Assembly: GCF_001194135.2 (NCBI RefSeq)
Contig: NC_068989.1
Span: forward strand, 81,912,049-81,976,048
DNA: 64,000 bases
Direction of reading: 5' to 3'
Source: Octopus bimaculoides
Lineage: Eukaryota
This document shows positions 1-11,992 of the stretch, piece after piece. Each line of letters begins with the position of its first letter. Positions within the stretch are counted from its first letter, which is position 1. Under the pieces are notes generated by a model. That model saw only the letters and a list, made by a program, of their open reading frames with translations, was not told the DNA's origin and searched no databases. The translations under genes and the position numbers were made by a program.

Positions 1-265
1 AAGTCCCAGGTGCCACAAGTTACCTACGACAGGAACAAAATGATGACTGAAGGAAAATACTCAGGTAAGAAGAGTGATAGTTTTAGACATGATTTTGTCT
101 TATTAGACACCTAAGTGTTTTATTGTTTACACAGATTTTTCAAGAACTAAATGACATTACCATTGTACTAACAAAGACTCAATTTCCAATAGATTTTAGA
201 TCAATTGTTAGTGTTGTCTTTCCTACATACACATTTATTTAACCAAACAGCAAATAACTCAGTAT

Positions 266-473
266 TCTTGTACTTGTTTCAGCCATTTGACTGCTGTCAT
301 GCTGGAGCACTGCCTTTAGTCAAACAAATTGATCCCAGGACTTATTCTTTGTAAGCCTAGTACTTATTCTATCGGTCTCTTTTTGCTGAACCGCTACGTT
401 ACAGGGATATAAACACACCAGCATCGGTTGTCAAGCAATGGCGGGTGGACAAACACAGACACACAAACATATA

Positions 474-508
<35 letters not shown>

Positions 509-688
509 GCATACATACATACATATGGTAGGCGTCTTTTAGTTTCCGTCTACCAAATCCACTCACAAGGCTTTGGTCAGCCTGAGGCTATAGCAGAAGA
601 CACTTGCCTAAGGTGCCACACAGTGGGACTGAACCCGGAACCATGTGGTTGGTAAGCAAGCTACTTACCACACAGCCACCCCAGTGCC
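266..688 (-). mobile_element. Full-length Octopus tRNA-derived SINE (head GGCnCnGGnGTGGCTGTGTGGTAAG, internal (TA)n, tail ...ATGACTGAAACAAGTA)
   Basis: Reverse complement of the copy at 11097-11500. Confidence 0.85.
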
Positions 689-1521
689 TATGCTATGTTT
701 TATCTATTTTCTTTTTTAATTTGCCATTAGATTATTTTAATTTGTACTAGATAATGTATAAATGCATTTCTCTCAAGCATACTGGAGCAATTGTCTACAA
801 AAGGTTACACACACACATTTTTATTTCATCCATCATTTTGATGTCCATTTGCATGGGCTGGATGGACTTTATTGAAGTGGATTTTCTACAATTGGATGCC
901 CTTCCTGTTGGCAACCATCACCTGTTTCCAAATAAGGCAATATTTCCCCCATAGCCAAACATATCCTCACAGAATATTGGAAATGAATGACACTTTTTGT
1001 ATGAGACAATTATTTTACAACTATTATGCAATGTCAAGACAAGGAAACACAAACATACACACACTCACACAAACATACATACATACATGCTGGTTGTTTA
1101 CTCCTTATGCAGAGTTTGACCACCTCCTGTACCTACACCTTAGAACCATCATGGCGTCTGATGTGGCTTTTTAAACCAGACAACATATTGAAAAAGACAC
1201 CCACATAGATTGCATATGCGATTTGGACCACCAAGAGCAGCAGATAAGTTCTGATCTTTGTAGATCTTAAAATGTCTTTTGAAAATCAAAAGTAAACAAC
1301 TGTTATGGGAAATGCCATTATTAATGAATTCACTTAACTACAAAGCTGCAATGTGATCAGTTGTCTATTTTTAGTATTTTATCTTCTTTCTTTGTGTTGT
1401 TAATTACTACTTCAATTACCAGCAGAGATTATGTATTCCTGTGTGAGTGGGAACACAACATGACAGGGTTAATAAGACAATTCTTATCTAGCAAAAACCA
1501 AATGTGTTTTAATAAAAATTT

Positions 1522-1688
1522 GTGCAGGAGTGGCTGTGTGGTAAGTAGCTTGTTTATCAACCACATGGTTCCAGGTTCAGTCCCGCTGCGTGGCACCTTA
1601 GGCAAGTGTCTTCAACTATAACCTCAGGCTGACCAAAGCCTTGTGAGTGGATTCAGAAGACGGAAACTGAAAGAAACCCGTCATGTAT
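1522..1688 (+). mobile_element. 5' half of the same SINE family
   Basis: gtgcaggagtggctgtgtggtaagtagc...ggttcagtcccgctgcgtggcacc; A/B-box-like head. Confidence 0.8.
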
Positions 1689-1689
1689 C

Positions 1690-2238
1690 ATCACCATCAT
1701 CATCTTCGTTTAACGTCTGCTTTCCATGCTAGCATGGGTTGGACGAGTTGACTAGGGACTGGCGAACCAGATGGCTACACCAGACTCCAATCTGATTTGG
1801 CAGAGTTTCTACAGCTGGATGCCATTCCTAATGCCAACCACTCCAAGAGTGTAGTGGGTGCTTTTTATGTGCCACCGGCATGGAAGCGAGACCGCTGCTC
1901 TGGCAGTGACCCCGCTTGGATGGTGCTGTCAGTGCTCCAATGGCATGGGTGCCAGTCATCGGATTTGGTTCAGTTTCAATCTCACTTGCCCCAACAGGTC
2001 TTTGCAAGCGGAGTTTGGTGCCCAATGAAGGAAGGTTGGCATGGGTGCCAGTCATCAAATTTGGTTCAATTTCGATTTCACTTGCCTCAACAGGTCTTCG
2101 CAAGTAGGGTTTTGTGTCCAAAGAAGGAAAGGTACGCATAAGCGGGCTGGTTACACCCTTGGTAAAGGCCACGGGTTATGGTCTCACTTGTCTTGCCGGA
2201 TCTTCTCACACACAGCATATTTCCAAAGGTCTCGGTCA
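1690..2238 (-). mobile_element. 5'-truncated RTE-type LINE 3' end: last ORF2 codons DRDLWKYAVCEKIRQDK*, 3' UTR with a 96-bp tandem duplication, (GAT)n tail
   Basis: Minus-strand translation at about 2170-2238; duplicated units 1941-2036 and 2037-2133; shared tail CATGCTAGCATGGAAAGCAGACGTTAAACGA. Confidence 0.7.
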
Positions 2239-2254
2239 TATATATATATATACA

Positions 2255-3440
2255 CCATAAAAACCCATGTAATTTATGCACTTTTTTTTGCAAAAACAAA
2301 AATAAACTTGGGGGGGGGGGGTAAATTACATGAATAGATCATTTCCAGAATCGTTCTGGAAATTTTTTTGTTGAAAACTGAAATTCATCACTTGCCGACA
2401 ACATCATAATTCATCCTTGCACATGTAAACTCACTAAATGAATATGACAGTGTTCCTACAGAAACCTTCATTTACCTTATATGGTGTTTAATGTTGTTTC
2501 ACATTCATGTTGAATTATGCACCAATCTTATGTTCTCTTCATAGAACACTTGTAATGTATTACCAATTCTTTTGGTATAGTAGATTTTTGCTATTCTTAT
2601 TTATGTCTCCTCACAGATATGTATATTCTAACAAGTTACTTCTTAAATTTCTCACCTCTCTTGTTCAATAACCACAGAGTTAAAACTTGCAAAGCCGTTT
2701 ATTTTCTCCTTTCGATTTTTAATGTTTATTTTAGCGGGTTACCAAACTATCAGTTTGGTCTCCTGGCTAAAACGGTAATGACAAATTTTTAAGTTTGCTT
2801 GACATTTTATAAGTGAGAAAGGGATTAAAATTTTGATTCTCCATATCAAAGGTTCCGACAAGAATAAGCAGAAAATCAGAGCTTCAGACAAGAAGACCTT
2901 TTTGACTAATCAGAATTCTGTTTACATAATCAGTTTGATCAGTCACCTTCCTCTGTTGGTTGAGTAAAGTGTCACCCAAGCTGATGTTTATTGGAAATTA
3001 AACTTATTTTGCAACACTTGTGTGTATTTATCAACTTTGTTTTTGTTGGTAATTCTTAACAACTTTTCCTGTGATCATGATTTGAGAAGACATACAGCAG
3101 TATGCTAAAGATTGGACATAATCTCTTGTGGGCAAGAAATGTAAAAATAAAGTTTATTATAAATAGCACAAACATTTCGTAATTTAATAGCTTTCAATGT
3201 GATACCTGTTAAACAGAAATTATCTTTATTTATTGAAAATTTAATAAGATCTAATCATTAGTAAGTGAAATTATGCTAAGTACAACTAAATTGAAAACCT
3301 TTGCCCTCTGGCCAGATTGGCAATTCTGAAAACTTTTGGGTGCGAATTTTACATGAGTAGAAGCTTTTTTTTAACAATTTTTATCTTCAAAATCACCTGC
3401 GTAAATTATACAGGTGTGCAAATTACATGGGTTTTTATGG
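2255..3440. mobile_element. Non-autonomous Tc1/mariner-superfamily (pogo/Tigger-like) element with 21-bp perfect terminal inverted repeats
   Basis: CCATAAAAACCCATGTAATTT (2255-2275) and AAATTACATGGGTTTTTATGG (3420-3440), in TA-rich flanks; interior not decodable. Confidence 0.7.
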
Positions 3441-3444
3441 TATA

Positions 3445-3650
3445 TACACATGTGTGTCTGCGTTTGTCCCCCCACAATCACTTGGCAACCAATACTGGTG
3501 TGTTTATGTCCCTGTAACTTAGCAATTTGGCAAAAGCGATGGATAGAATAAATGCTAGGCTTACAACGAATAAGTCCTGGGGTCGATTTGTTCAATTAAA
3601 GGCAGTGCTCCAGCATGGCCACAGTCAAATGACTGAAACAAATAAAAGAA
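3445..3650 (+). mobile_element. 3' half of tRNA-derived SINE
   Basis: Matches 11290-11500. Confidence 0.8.
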
Positions 3651-3682
3651 TGTTTTTGATAAACTTTCTTAAGATTTTTTTA

Positions 3683-4606
3683 TGACTCCACCTTTAACTT
3701 CAATGACTGCTTCAATATGGGACCAGAACTGTCGATATGCCTTCACTAAATTATCCTTATTCCTGTCAGATATCATCTGGAAGATGGTGGCTTTCGGTGA
3801 AGCTATGATATTGTGAGATTGTAGGTTGGTCTCTGTTTTGACAATGCTCTATAGGAATTAAGTTTGGCATGTTTGCTGCTACATGATAATAAAGACTGTC
3901 TGACATTTATTCTTAGGTTTGTGAAATGCTGAGTCTTGTTGAAAAATGTTTAGCCTTCCACTACTTCAGTCATTCAGAGCTAAACAACTGCCTCTAGCAT
4001 CTCAATGCATCCAGTGCTTTCTTAAAGCATCACAGTTGCTAGAAACAGTATGTATCACTCTAAGGACATCAGAAGGATCTGCCCACAATCATCTGTAGTT
4101 TCTCCTGTAAGACTTTTGGTCTTGGTTGAAGTTTTTCTCATCAGAGAAGGACCAAAGCATTCCATGATGGTGAAAGCTTTTTACTTTGTTATTTAATCAC
4201 TTGACACGGATCAAACAGTTTTCTTACATCTTTGCAGTCACTAATTGACCTCTCATTAGTATGTATGACTTGTATTGAATGCCATCATGCACCACAGTTC
4301 CAACAGGCTACCCGAAGTTCTTTGGCAATGGCCCTCATTGATTTTCCAGGATCATCATCGATAAGTTTTTGAAACCATTGGACGAATTATGGTGTCCTTA
4401 TAGTGTCCAAACGTTTACAATTTTATTTTTCTCTTTGAGACAGTTGGCACATTTCTGCCAGAAGCTTCCAATTCGATCCTAATTTAGTGTACATAAGATC
4501 TTGCAAAATTTAGAAAGTTGGCAATTTTTAAATGACTGTGTTATTCACATGTGACAACAATGACTGAATGTCTTCTCATTTCTAGTGTTAGCATCTTATC
4601 TACCAT
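3683..4606 (-). pseudogene. Degenerate Tc1/mariner (maT/DD37D-like) transposase with stops, frameshifts and internal deletion
   Basis: Minus-strand fragments MVDKMLTLEMRRHSVIV..., IRTP*FVQWFQKLIDDDPGKSMRAIAKEL, GMLWSFSDEKNFNQDQKSYRRNYR*LWADPSDV (first catalytic Asp in FSDEK), NLVKAYRQFWSHIEAVIEVKGG. Confidence 0.85.
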
Positions 4607-5304
4607 GGGAGATCTGAAAGAAATAAAACGTTTTGATTAGCTTGAAGAGAGTAATATGCTAACAAGTGCCTTCAAATAGCCCTTGCATCCTTTGTGTGTG
4701 TATTACTGGAAACAATTTGGAAACAATTTTAGGCTATACTCAAGTAACTGAATGAGAGTTATTAGCCATATCTAGACCTATAAAGCACTTATATCAAGGC
4801 ATCTACACCAAAATATCCATCTGTCTAATCACTAAAATAATATAATTATCTCATCTTAAATTCTACTTTCTTTTGTGATCCTTCACGTCATCAGTTTCAC
4901 ATTTTTCTTCACCTCCGTCTATTTTACTTGATTCTGTACAGTGCTATATTTAATAACACATACACACACAGAGGAATTTTGTGTAGTTCAGAAGTTTACT
5001 TTGCTACCACTTAGTTCAAGATTTGACCCCCAGTGCACAGGACCTTGATCAAGTATTTTGTACTTTGACTGCATGCTGACAAACGGCTTGTGAATAGAAT
5101 ATTTAGATGGAAACTGTACAAAAGCCTGTTGCATATATGTGTGTGTCTGTGTGCATATATGTTTACATATGTTTGTGCATGCATATGCATGTGTGTGTGT
5201 GTGTCTGTGCGTATTCAATGATCAACAAAAATGAATAAATGAAGCACTTGGAGGTTTTACTCCAACATGGACACAGTTCAGTACCTCCTGACTGGCCTTT
5301 GTGC

Positions 5305-5487
5305 TGGTGGCACGTAAAAGCACCCACTACACTCTCGGAGTGGTTGGTGTTAGGAAGGGCATCCAGCTGTAGAAACTCAGCCAAATCAGATTGGAGCCTG
5401 GTGCAGCCATCTGGTTCGCCAGTCCTCAGTCAAATTGTCCAACCTATGCTAGCATGGAAAGCGGACGTTAAACGATGATGATGATGA
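5305..5487 (+). mobile_element. RTE-type 3' tail repeat ending in (GAT)n
   Basis: gcacccactacactctcggagtggttggtgttaggaagggcatccagctgtagaaac...gcggacgttaaacgatgatgatg. Confidence 0.8.
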
Positions 5488-5945
5488 ACAAAGTGTACAT
5501 TTGTGCATCAAGTGGTTCCTTTTAAAGCTGAGGAAGTGGAGTTCTTCATCCCTTCCTTGCATGCAGAATTCTACTTAATGTATAAGTCATACAACTCTAT
5601 ACTTGATTTTAACTGCAAAAACTGGGGTGTAACTTATACACGGGGCAAAGCTAAAACAACGAAGAGGAAAAAAACTTTGTATCAAAATTTAATACTAAAT
5701 TAGGGGTGTGTCTTACATAAGTAAATAAAGTCACTAAAATTTCAGAGTTACCTCCCGTCCCTAGAAAAATGTTAATTAACCCTTTTGCTACGAAATGAAA
5801 TTTCGTGGTTATTCTGGTAATGATGTTAAATACCTATCAAAAAATAGAATGGGAATTTTCTTCAAGTCATGTTGCCTCAATAAACTTTCACATATCTCAA
5901 CAGCAAATAATTTCAAATATGACATTCCACAACAAAAAAATAGAT

Positions 5946-6135
5946 TGATGATGATCATCATCATTTAACGTCTGCTTTCCATGCTAGCATGGGTTGGATG
6001 ATTTGACTGAGGACTGGTGAACCAGGTGGCTACACCAGGCTCCAATCTGATTTGGCAGAGTTTCTACAGCTGGATGCCCTTCCTAACGCCAACCACTCAG
6101 AGAGTGTAGTGGGTGCTTTTACATGCCACTGGCAA
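5946..6135 (-). mobile_element. RTE-type 3' tail repeat, inverted relative to 5305-5487
   Basis: Reverse complement of 5305-5487 at roughly 90% identity by eye. Confidence 0.8.
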
Positions 6136-7541
6136 TATAAAACTACTTTCCACAGTTAAGGGCAATGAAGTCTTTGGAGGATATATCTGATTTCTGTAGT
6201 AAAAGGTTTAACATTAATTTTGCTCACTACATTAATTACATTCTCATTCACTTAATTATTTTATAAATGGATTGACTGAGATAAGCAAATTTATGGCAGA
6301 AGCAAGTTTTGAACTGCTGACTCTGTTTTCAGAGGACCACAAGCATCATCTGAATCACAAATCTCCACATTTGCATGAATAGTAAACAAGGAGTGACTCA
6401 CACAAACGCAAAAATACACAATCTCATAATTTTTCTAGACATAATTACAAGAGAAAACAGACGTCATTGATGGATGTGGAGACAACAGTTGATAGTGAAG
6501 CAGATGAGCAGTAGATGAAGACAATGAAGGTGGAAATGATGATGATGATGCTCAAGGTGATGGTAGTGGTGGTGGTGGTGGTGGTGGTGATGATGATGAT
6601 GGTGATGATAATAGTGATGATGGTAAGTTTCTGACTTTGGTACAACGCCAGCAATTTCAAGTGGTTGGAGTTTGTTGATTAAACTCTATCACTTGACAGG
6701 TACCTTATTTTATTGACCCTAAAAAGATGAAAACAAACTTGACCATGGCAGGATTTGAACTCAGAATGTAAGTAGTCAGAACAAAATCCACAAGGTATTT
6801 TTTTTCCGACTCTCTAACTATTCTGCCAGCTTCAAGACAATGAATTACGATTGTGAAAGCAAGAAGACAAATTTTAGAAACAGAAGTTGTAAGAAAGCCA
6901 AAAAAAAATAGAAAAGGACAAAAAAAAAAAAAAAACCAGACAAAGATTATTATTATAATTATTATTATTATTATTATATTGCATTTTTTTTTTGGTTTGC
7001 TTTGTTGGCAGAAATGTTTCAGAAATATACAATATTTTCTTCCCATTCATGCTCTCCTGACAATCTCACAAACTCCCATTGACAGAGACCCATCTGTTTT
7101 TTTTTTCTTTTTGTTTTTCTTTTTAGTTCTATAAAAAGTCATCAGCCCCAAAATTGGTTTTATACATGCGTAGGTTTTTGGAGTTTTCTCGTGGAAGTGG
7201 GGGAGACATGGAAAGGGCTCTGAAATCTTTTTTTCAAAGGAACAAATATATATATACCTTTCTCAATTATTTTTAGGGCTATTAATGTATATATATGGGA
7301 ATGGGATGAATCAGTGCAGTATATACACTTTTGTAGGTATGTAAAATATGTGTGGATGCTCGTGTATGTATGTATATAATTATTTACTCATTTGAAGAGT
7401 AGAAATTTGTATTTTTAAATTAAAAAAGGGACAACTTGCCCATTAATAGTCATCAATGCACTCTGTATGCATATAAGGGTGGGTGGGGACAGAGTCTTCT
7501 GCTGGCTCATAAGGGTTCACTTTATAATTACAATGCCAGCC

Positions 7542-9619
7542 TTATTTCCTTAATGTTTGCTCAATGGTTGGTTGAGCAGGGAAAGACGAATCTGATGAAC
7601 CGGTCTGAAGACTGTAGGCCTGTAACCAGGCCAGTGGAGAATAGTCATGAACCTCTTTGATTTTAGGAGTGGGCTGAAATGCTTCTTTAAAAATAGTACG
7701 ACTGGGGTCATCCTTGCGCTGTAATAGCAATACCAGTGTGTTATAATGTTCACTACCCCCAACCGTGTGTCGTCGCTTGCCTCGTACTTTCCTCCTCGCT
7801 AAAGGGGGTGGGGAATTGGATCGAGGTTTCGCAGTTGTGTTCACTTTGGCCAGTACTGTAGACCGTGGTGTCCACAACTGTTGACCACTAGCGGAATCTC
7901 TAAAGTTCTTACGTGTATTTTCAGATCTGTAGCCACCATTGAAACAGTTATTTTTGTTACAAGATGACTTTAAGTTTTTTTTTGAATGGCAATCTTTTGG
8001 AGGTGAAGCACTTGCTGAAGGGGACAAAGAATATATTTTACCTAAATTAGAAAGTTTAGAGTCTATATACTCAGTACAGAGTCCACCACCATTGCTACGT
8101 CGTTGGACCAGTTCCGAAGATGATGCTAAATGACTTGCAGCTATTGGTGCAGCACCATGTGTTATTATTGCCCGCTCACCCAAAACATGTGCTGTCGGAC
8201 TGGAGTTACTGCGTGTGAAACGAGAAGCAATACCTATTTTTGTCTCTGGTTTCTGAGAACGATGTAAACTGGGATCACGGAAACTATCAAAAACATCTGT
8301 ATTCTTTTTTGCCTGTCTACTATACGCCAAACCAAGGTTCAACATACGTGTACTCTCGGCTTGGGCCAACTCAAGACTCTCACTGGTACAATCATAAACA
8401 TTGCTGTTGGAAGGGACAATTTCATTGTTTTTCACAGCTGAATATGGTGGCACACCTATGTTGGATGGAGGCCGTGGTCTGGAACTACCATTTAATTTAT
8501 ATTTAGGATTTAATAGGATCTGCAGTTTCTGATCAAACGTTGAGGTTAAGCTTGTTAATAGGTCAGAACCATCTTCAGAATCAGTTGAAGCCCAGGACAA
8601 ACGATTCTCTTTCTTATCATAAAAGTCTATCATAGAATCTAGAGAACCTCTCCGTAAGCTATTTCTCCGTGTAAGGCCCAAGTCAGAATCATTTTGTGGA
8701 CTTAGCTCTCTGTCTTGTGTCTTACGAGCAACCATTGACAATGGAGATGACCAAACTTGACCCGTGTCAATAATTGTCTCAAGAGAATTTGACCTCTTTG
8801 CATTATCAAATCCTGTATTGAGGTATGATGTTCGGTCAGAGATCTTGCTGTTTCCAACACTAACAAAATACTTTCCACCACTAACTGGTTCAATTGCTTT
8901 AGAAGTTGACCAGCTCTTGCCCTGTAATTGATAAGAGTCTAATGAATCATAAGGCTTGGCATATGCAGCAGAGTAAGGGTGGTTAGTAGAGTACCATATC
9001 TTTCTTGGATTTAATAATTCTTCAAGACTATGTTTATCTTCCAACTCCATCTCATGCTTAGTACGCAGATATTCCTGGTCAAATTTCTTTGACTCTTTTT
9101 CTCTCACTTCGCATTCTCTTTTATGTTGTTCCTGAACTTTCTTGAGAAATTCCTGTTTGCTCTGAAGATTTGATTCGAGGCTGTGGCTGAAAGTTTTCTG
9201 GAGACCATATGAGAATTCCAGCTCATCACTTTTCTCCAATAGGGATTCATCTGAGAACTGACGAGCAAGATGAGGGTTTGAAGACTTGGAGAACACTTCA
9301 GAATCAGTGTAATCATCGAAGCCTATAGACAAAGAAGACACAGATGCCTTATGTTCACTGGTGAGACGACTATTGTAAGAAATAGTGTCCAGTTGGCTTT
9401 GAGAACCATCAGACTGTAGTTCCATTGAGTTAGCCAGAGCTTTGTTAGAATGAAATTTAGCAATCTCTGCATCAATATTGCGTTCTTCATATTTGGGACC
9501 AGGCGGTGTTGAAGAATCTGCTTCATCAAGGCCTTTGGTTTTCTTGTTGTGATTCTTATTCTTGGCAGCAGCGATCATAGCAGCAACTATTTCCAACGGA
9601 TTTGTTTCTTCAGATTCAT
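7542..9619 (-). CDS. ARHGAP21: Terminal coding exon (2078 nt): long low-complexity C-terminal tail with KRRHTVGG and AWLQ..LQT motifs
   Basis: Acceptor tttcag|ATGAATCTG at 9619, phase 1 (G+AT = Asp); matches the 712-aa ORF 7542-9680; TAA at 7542-7544. Confidence 0.9.
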
Positions 9620-11876
9620 CTGAAATGGCAAAAAAATATTTTGTAAACATATAATAACAAACATAATTACATAGGCACAAGGTTATACATCCGAGGGGGG
9701 GGGGGGCTGCAATCGATTATATCTGCTGCAGGAAGTTGAAAGATAAAGAAAATGGTGTTACTTTGTCGTGTGATCCACAACTTAAAGGGAGATTACTTTA
9801 GGTTACTTGTTAGTTTATTTTTCAATTTCTAAAAACACTTAAGATGATGGCTCAAGATTTTTTACAATGAATTCTTTTGTACATACTTAGCATTGTAAAT
9901 TTATTTTTTCAGAATCCTTACTATTTTAATAATCAAACCATGTTTCATTTATGCCTTAGTAAATAATAATAAAAAACCAAGAAAAACAATCTAATTAAGA
10001 TAAGCTCGTAGCTCACAGTTTGGCAGTCGTGAGTTTTACAACGTAAAGAAACAAAAAACTAACCTAAAGTAATCACCCTTGAATTTGTAGATCACACACC
10101 AAAGTAGCACCAAGAAAATTTTGGCAGGATTCAAACCAAGAATGTAAGGGTATAATGTAATGCTCTACAAGTCAACAATTTACTGTTTCTGCAAGAAATA
10201 ATCTCCCCCCATCCTTTCTTCCACTTTAACAAAAACAACAATAATAATATAGGCAAAAGGCCTTAAATTTAGATGGGAATGAATAAGATTTTAAACAATC
10301 AACTCCAGTACTTTACTGATACTTAATTTTATCACTTTCAGAAGGATGGAAGGAAAAGTTAACTTTGACAGGATTTGAACTCAGAATCTAATAAGGAAGA
10401 AGTATAGCAGAGTGTTTTTCTGATACTCTAACAATTCTGCTAGCAATACTAATAAAAATCCTTTCCATTATAGGCACCAGGCCAGAAATTTTTTTTGGTG
10501 GTGGGGCTAGTTAATTACATCAACCCCAGTGCACAACTGGCACTTACTTCCACTTATTTCAATGACCCCAAAAAGATAAAGGGCAAAGTTGACCTCAGAG
10601 GAATTTGAACTCAGCTGCTAAGCATTTTGCCCAGCATGCTAACAATTCTGCCAGCTCACCATCTTCATATGTAATATTAGAATAACAAAGTGTGAGAAAG
10701 GGCAAGAATAATTGATTTCATTTGACCCTAAGACATAAGAGGTATTTATTGAATGAAGCCCCTTTCCTCCACCCAGAAGGAGTGTGTGGGTAAAAGGCAA
10801 AATTTGTTGAAACAAGGTTATTTTAAAAATAATTTAGTTTCATCTATTAATATTTAAATGTGAAATTATGAATGATAGGCGCAGGGGTGGCNNNNNNNNN
10901 NAACAAAGTGTGAGAAAGGGCAAGAATAATTGATTTCATTTGACCCTAAGACATAAGAGGTATTTATTGAATGAAGCCCCTTTCCTCCACCCAGAAGGAG
11001 TGTGTGGGTAAAAGGCAAAATTTGTTGAAACAAGGTTATTTTAAAAATAATTTAGTTTCATCTATTAATATTTAAATGTGAAATTATGAATGATAGGCGC
11101 AGGGGTGGCTGTGTGGTAAGTGGATTGCTTACCAACCACATGGTTCCGGGTTCATTCCCACTGTGTGGCACCTTGGGCAGGTGTCTTCTACTAGAGCCTC
11201 GGGCCGACCAAAGGCTTGTGAGTGGATATGGTAGACGGAAACTGAAGGAAGCCCGTTGTATATATGTATATATGTATATATATATGTATGTTTGTGTGTC
11301 TGTGTTTGTCCCCCCAGCATCGCTTGACAACCGATGCTGGTGTGTTTACGTCCCCGTAACTTAACAGTTCGGCAAAAGAGACCGAGAGAATAAGTACTAG
11401 GCTTCCAAAGAATAAGTCCTGGGGTCGATTTGCTCAACTAAAGGCGGTGCTCCAGCATGGCCACAGTCAAATGACTGAAACAAATAAAAGAGTAAAAGAG
11501 ATTATGTTAGATATGTGATGTATCAGTAAAATTGCTAATCTGCTGGTAATGAAAGAAAGCTGACTGAATATCCAGAAATAAAGGGTACCCAAATACTTGA
11601 CCAAACCTGTGAAAAGGGAAACCCCAAATAAGGGAAATGTCCATCGCTTGTGTATGTATGTGTTAGTACACCTATGTATGAGTGTGTGTGTGATCACTTA
11701 CCAAGATCATCATCAGGAGTGGATGCCGGTGCCATAGGACTGACCGTTCCTGTAGGAACCTCAGCAGCTCCATTCTCATCCACAGGAACATGATCATCAA
11801 CATCCCATGAACTGAAGAACCAATCAGGCTGAAAACATCAAATAAAAAAAAAAACTGTATATGTATGTATGTGCGC

Positions 11877-11949
<73 letters not shown>

Positions 11950-11956
11950 ATGATGA

Positions 11957-11992
<36 letters not shown>

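Noticed and set aside
7436-9529. Short ORFs overlapping the terminal exon in other frames or on the other strand
   Set aside because: Shadows of the real coding exon, with no independent signals.
10684-11109. Exact 208-bp direct duplication (10684-10891 and 10902-11109)
   Set aside because: The copies are identical and separated by a 10-N spacer, the signature of an unmerged contig overlap, so this is an assembly artefact.
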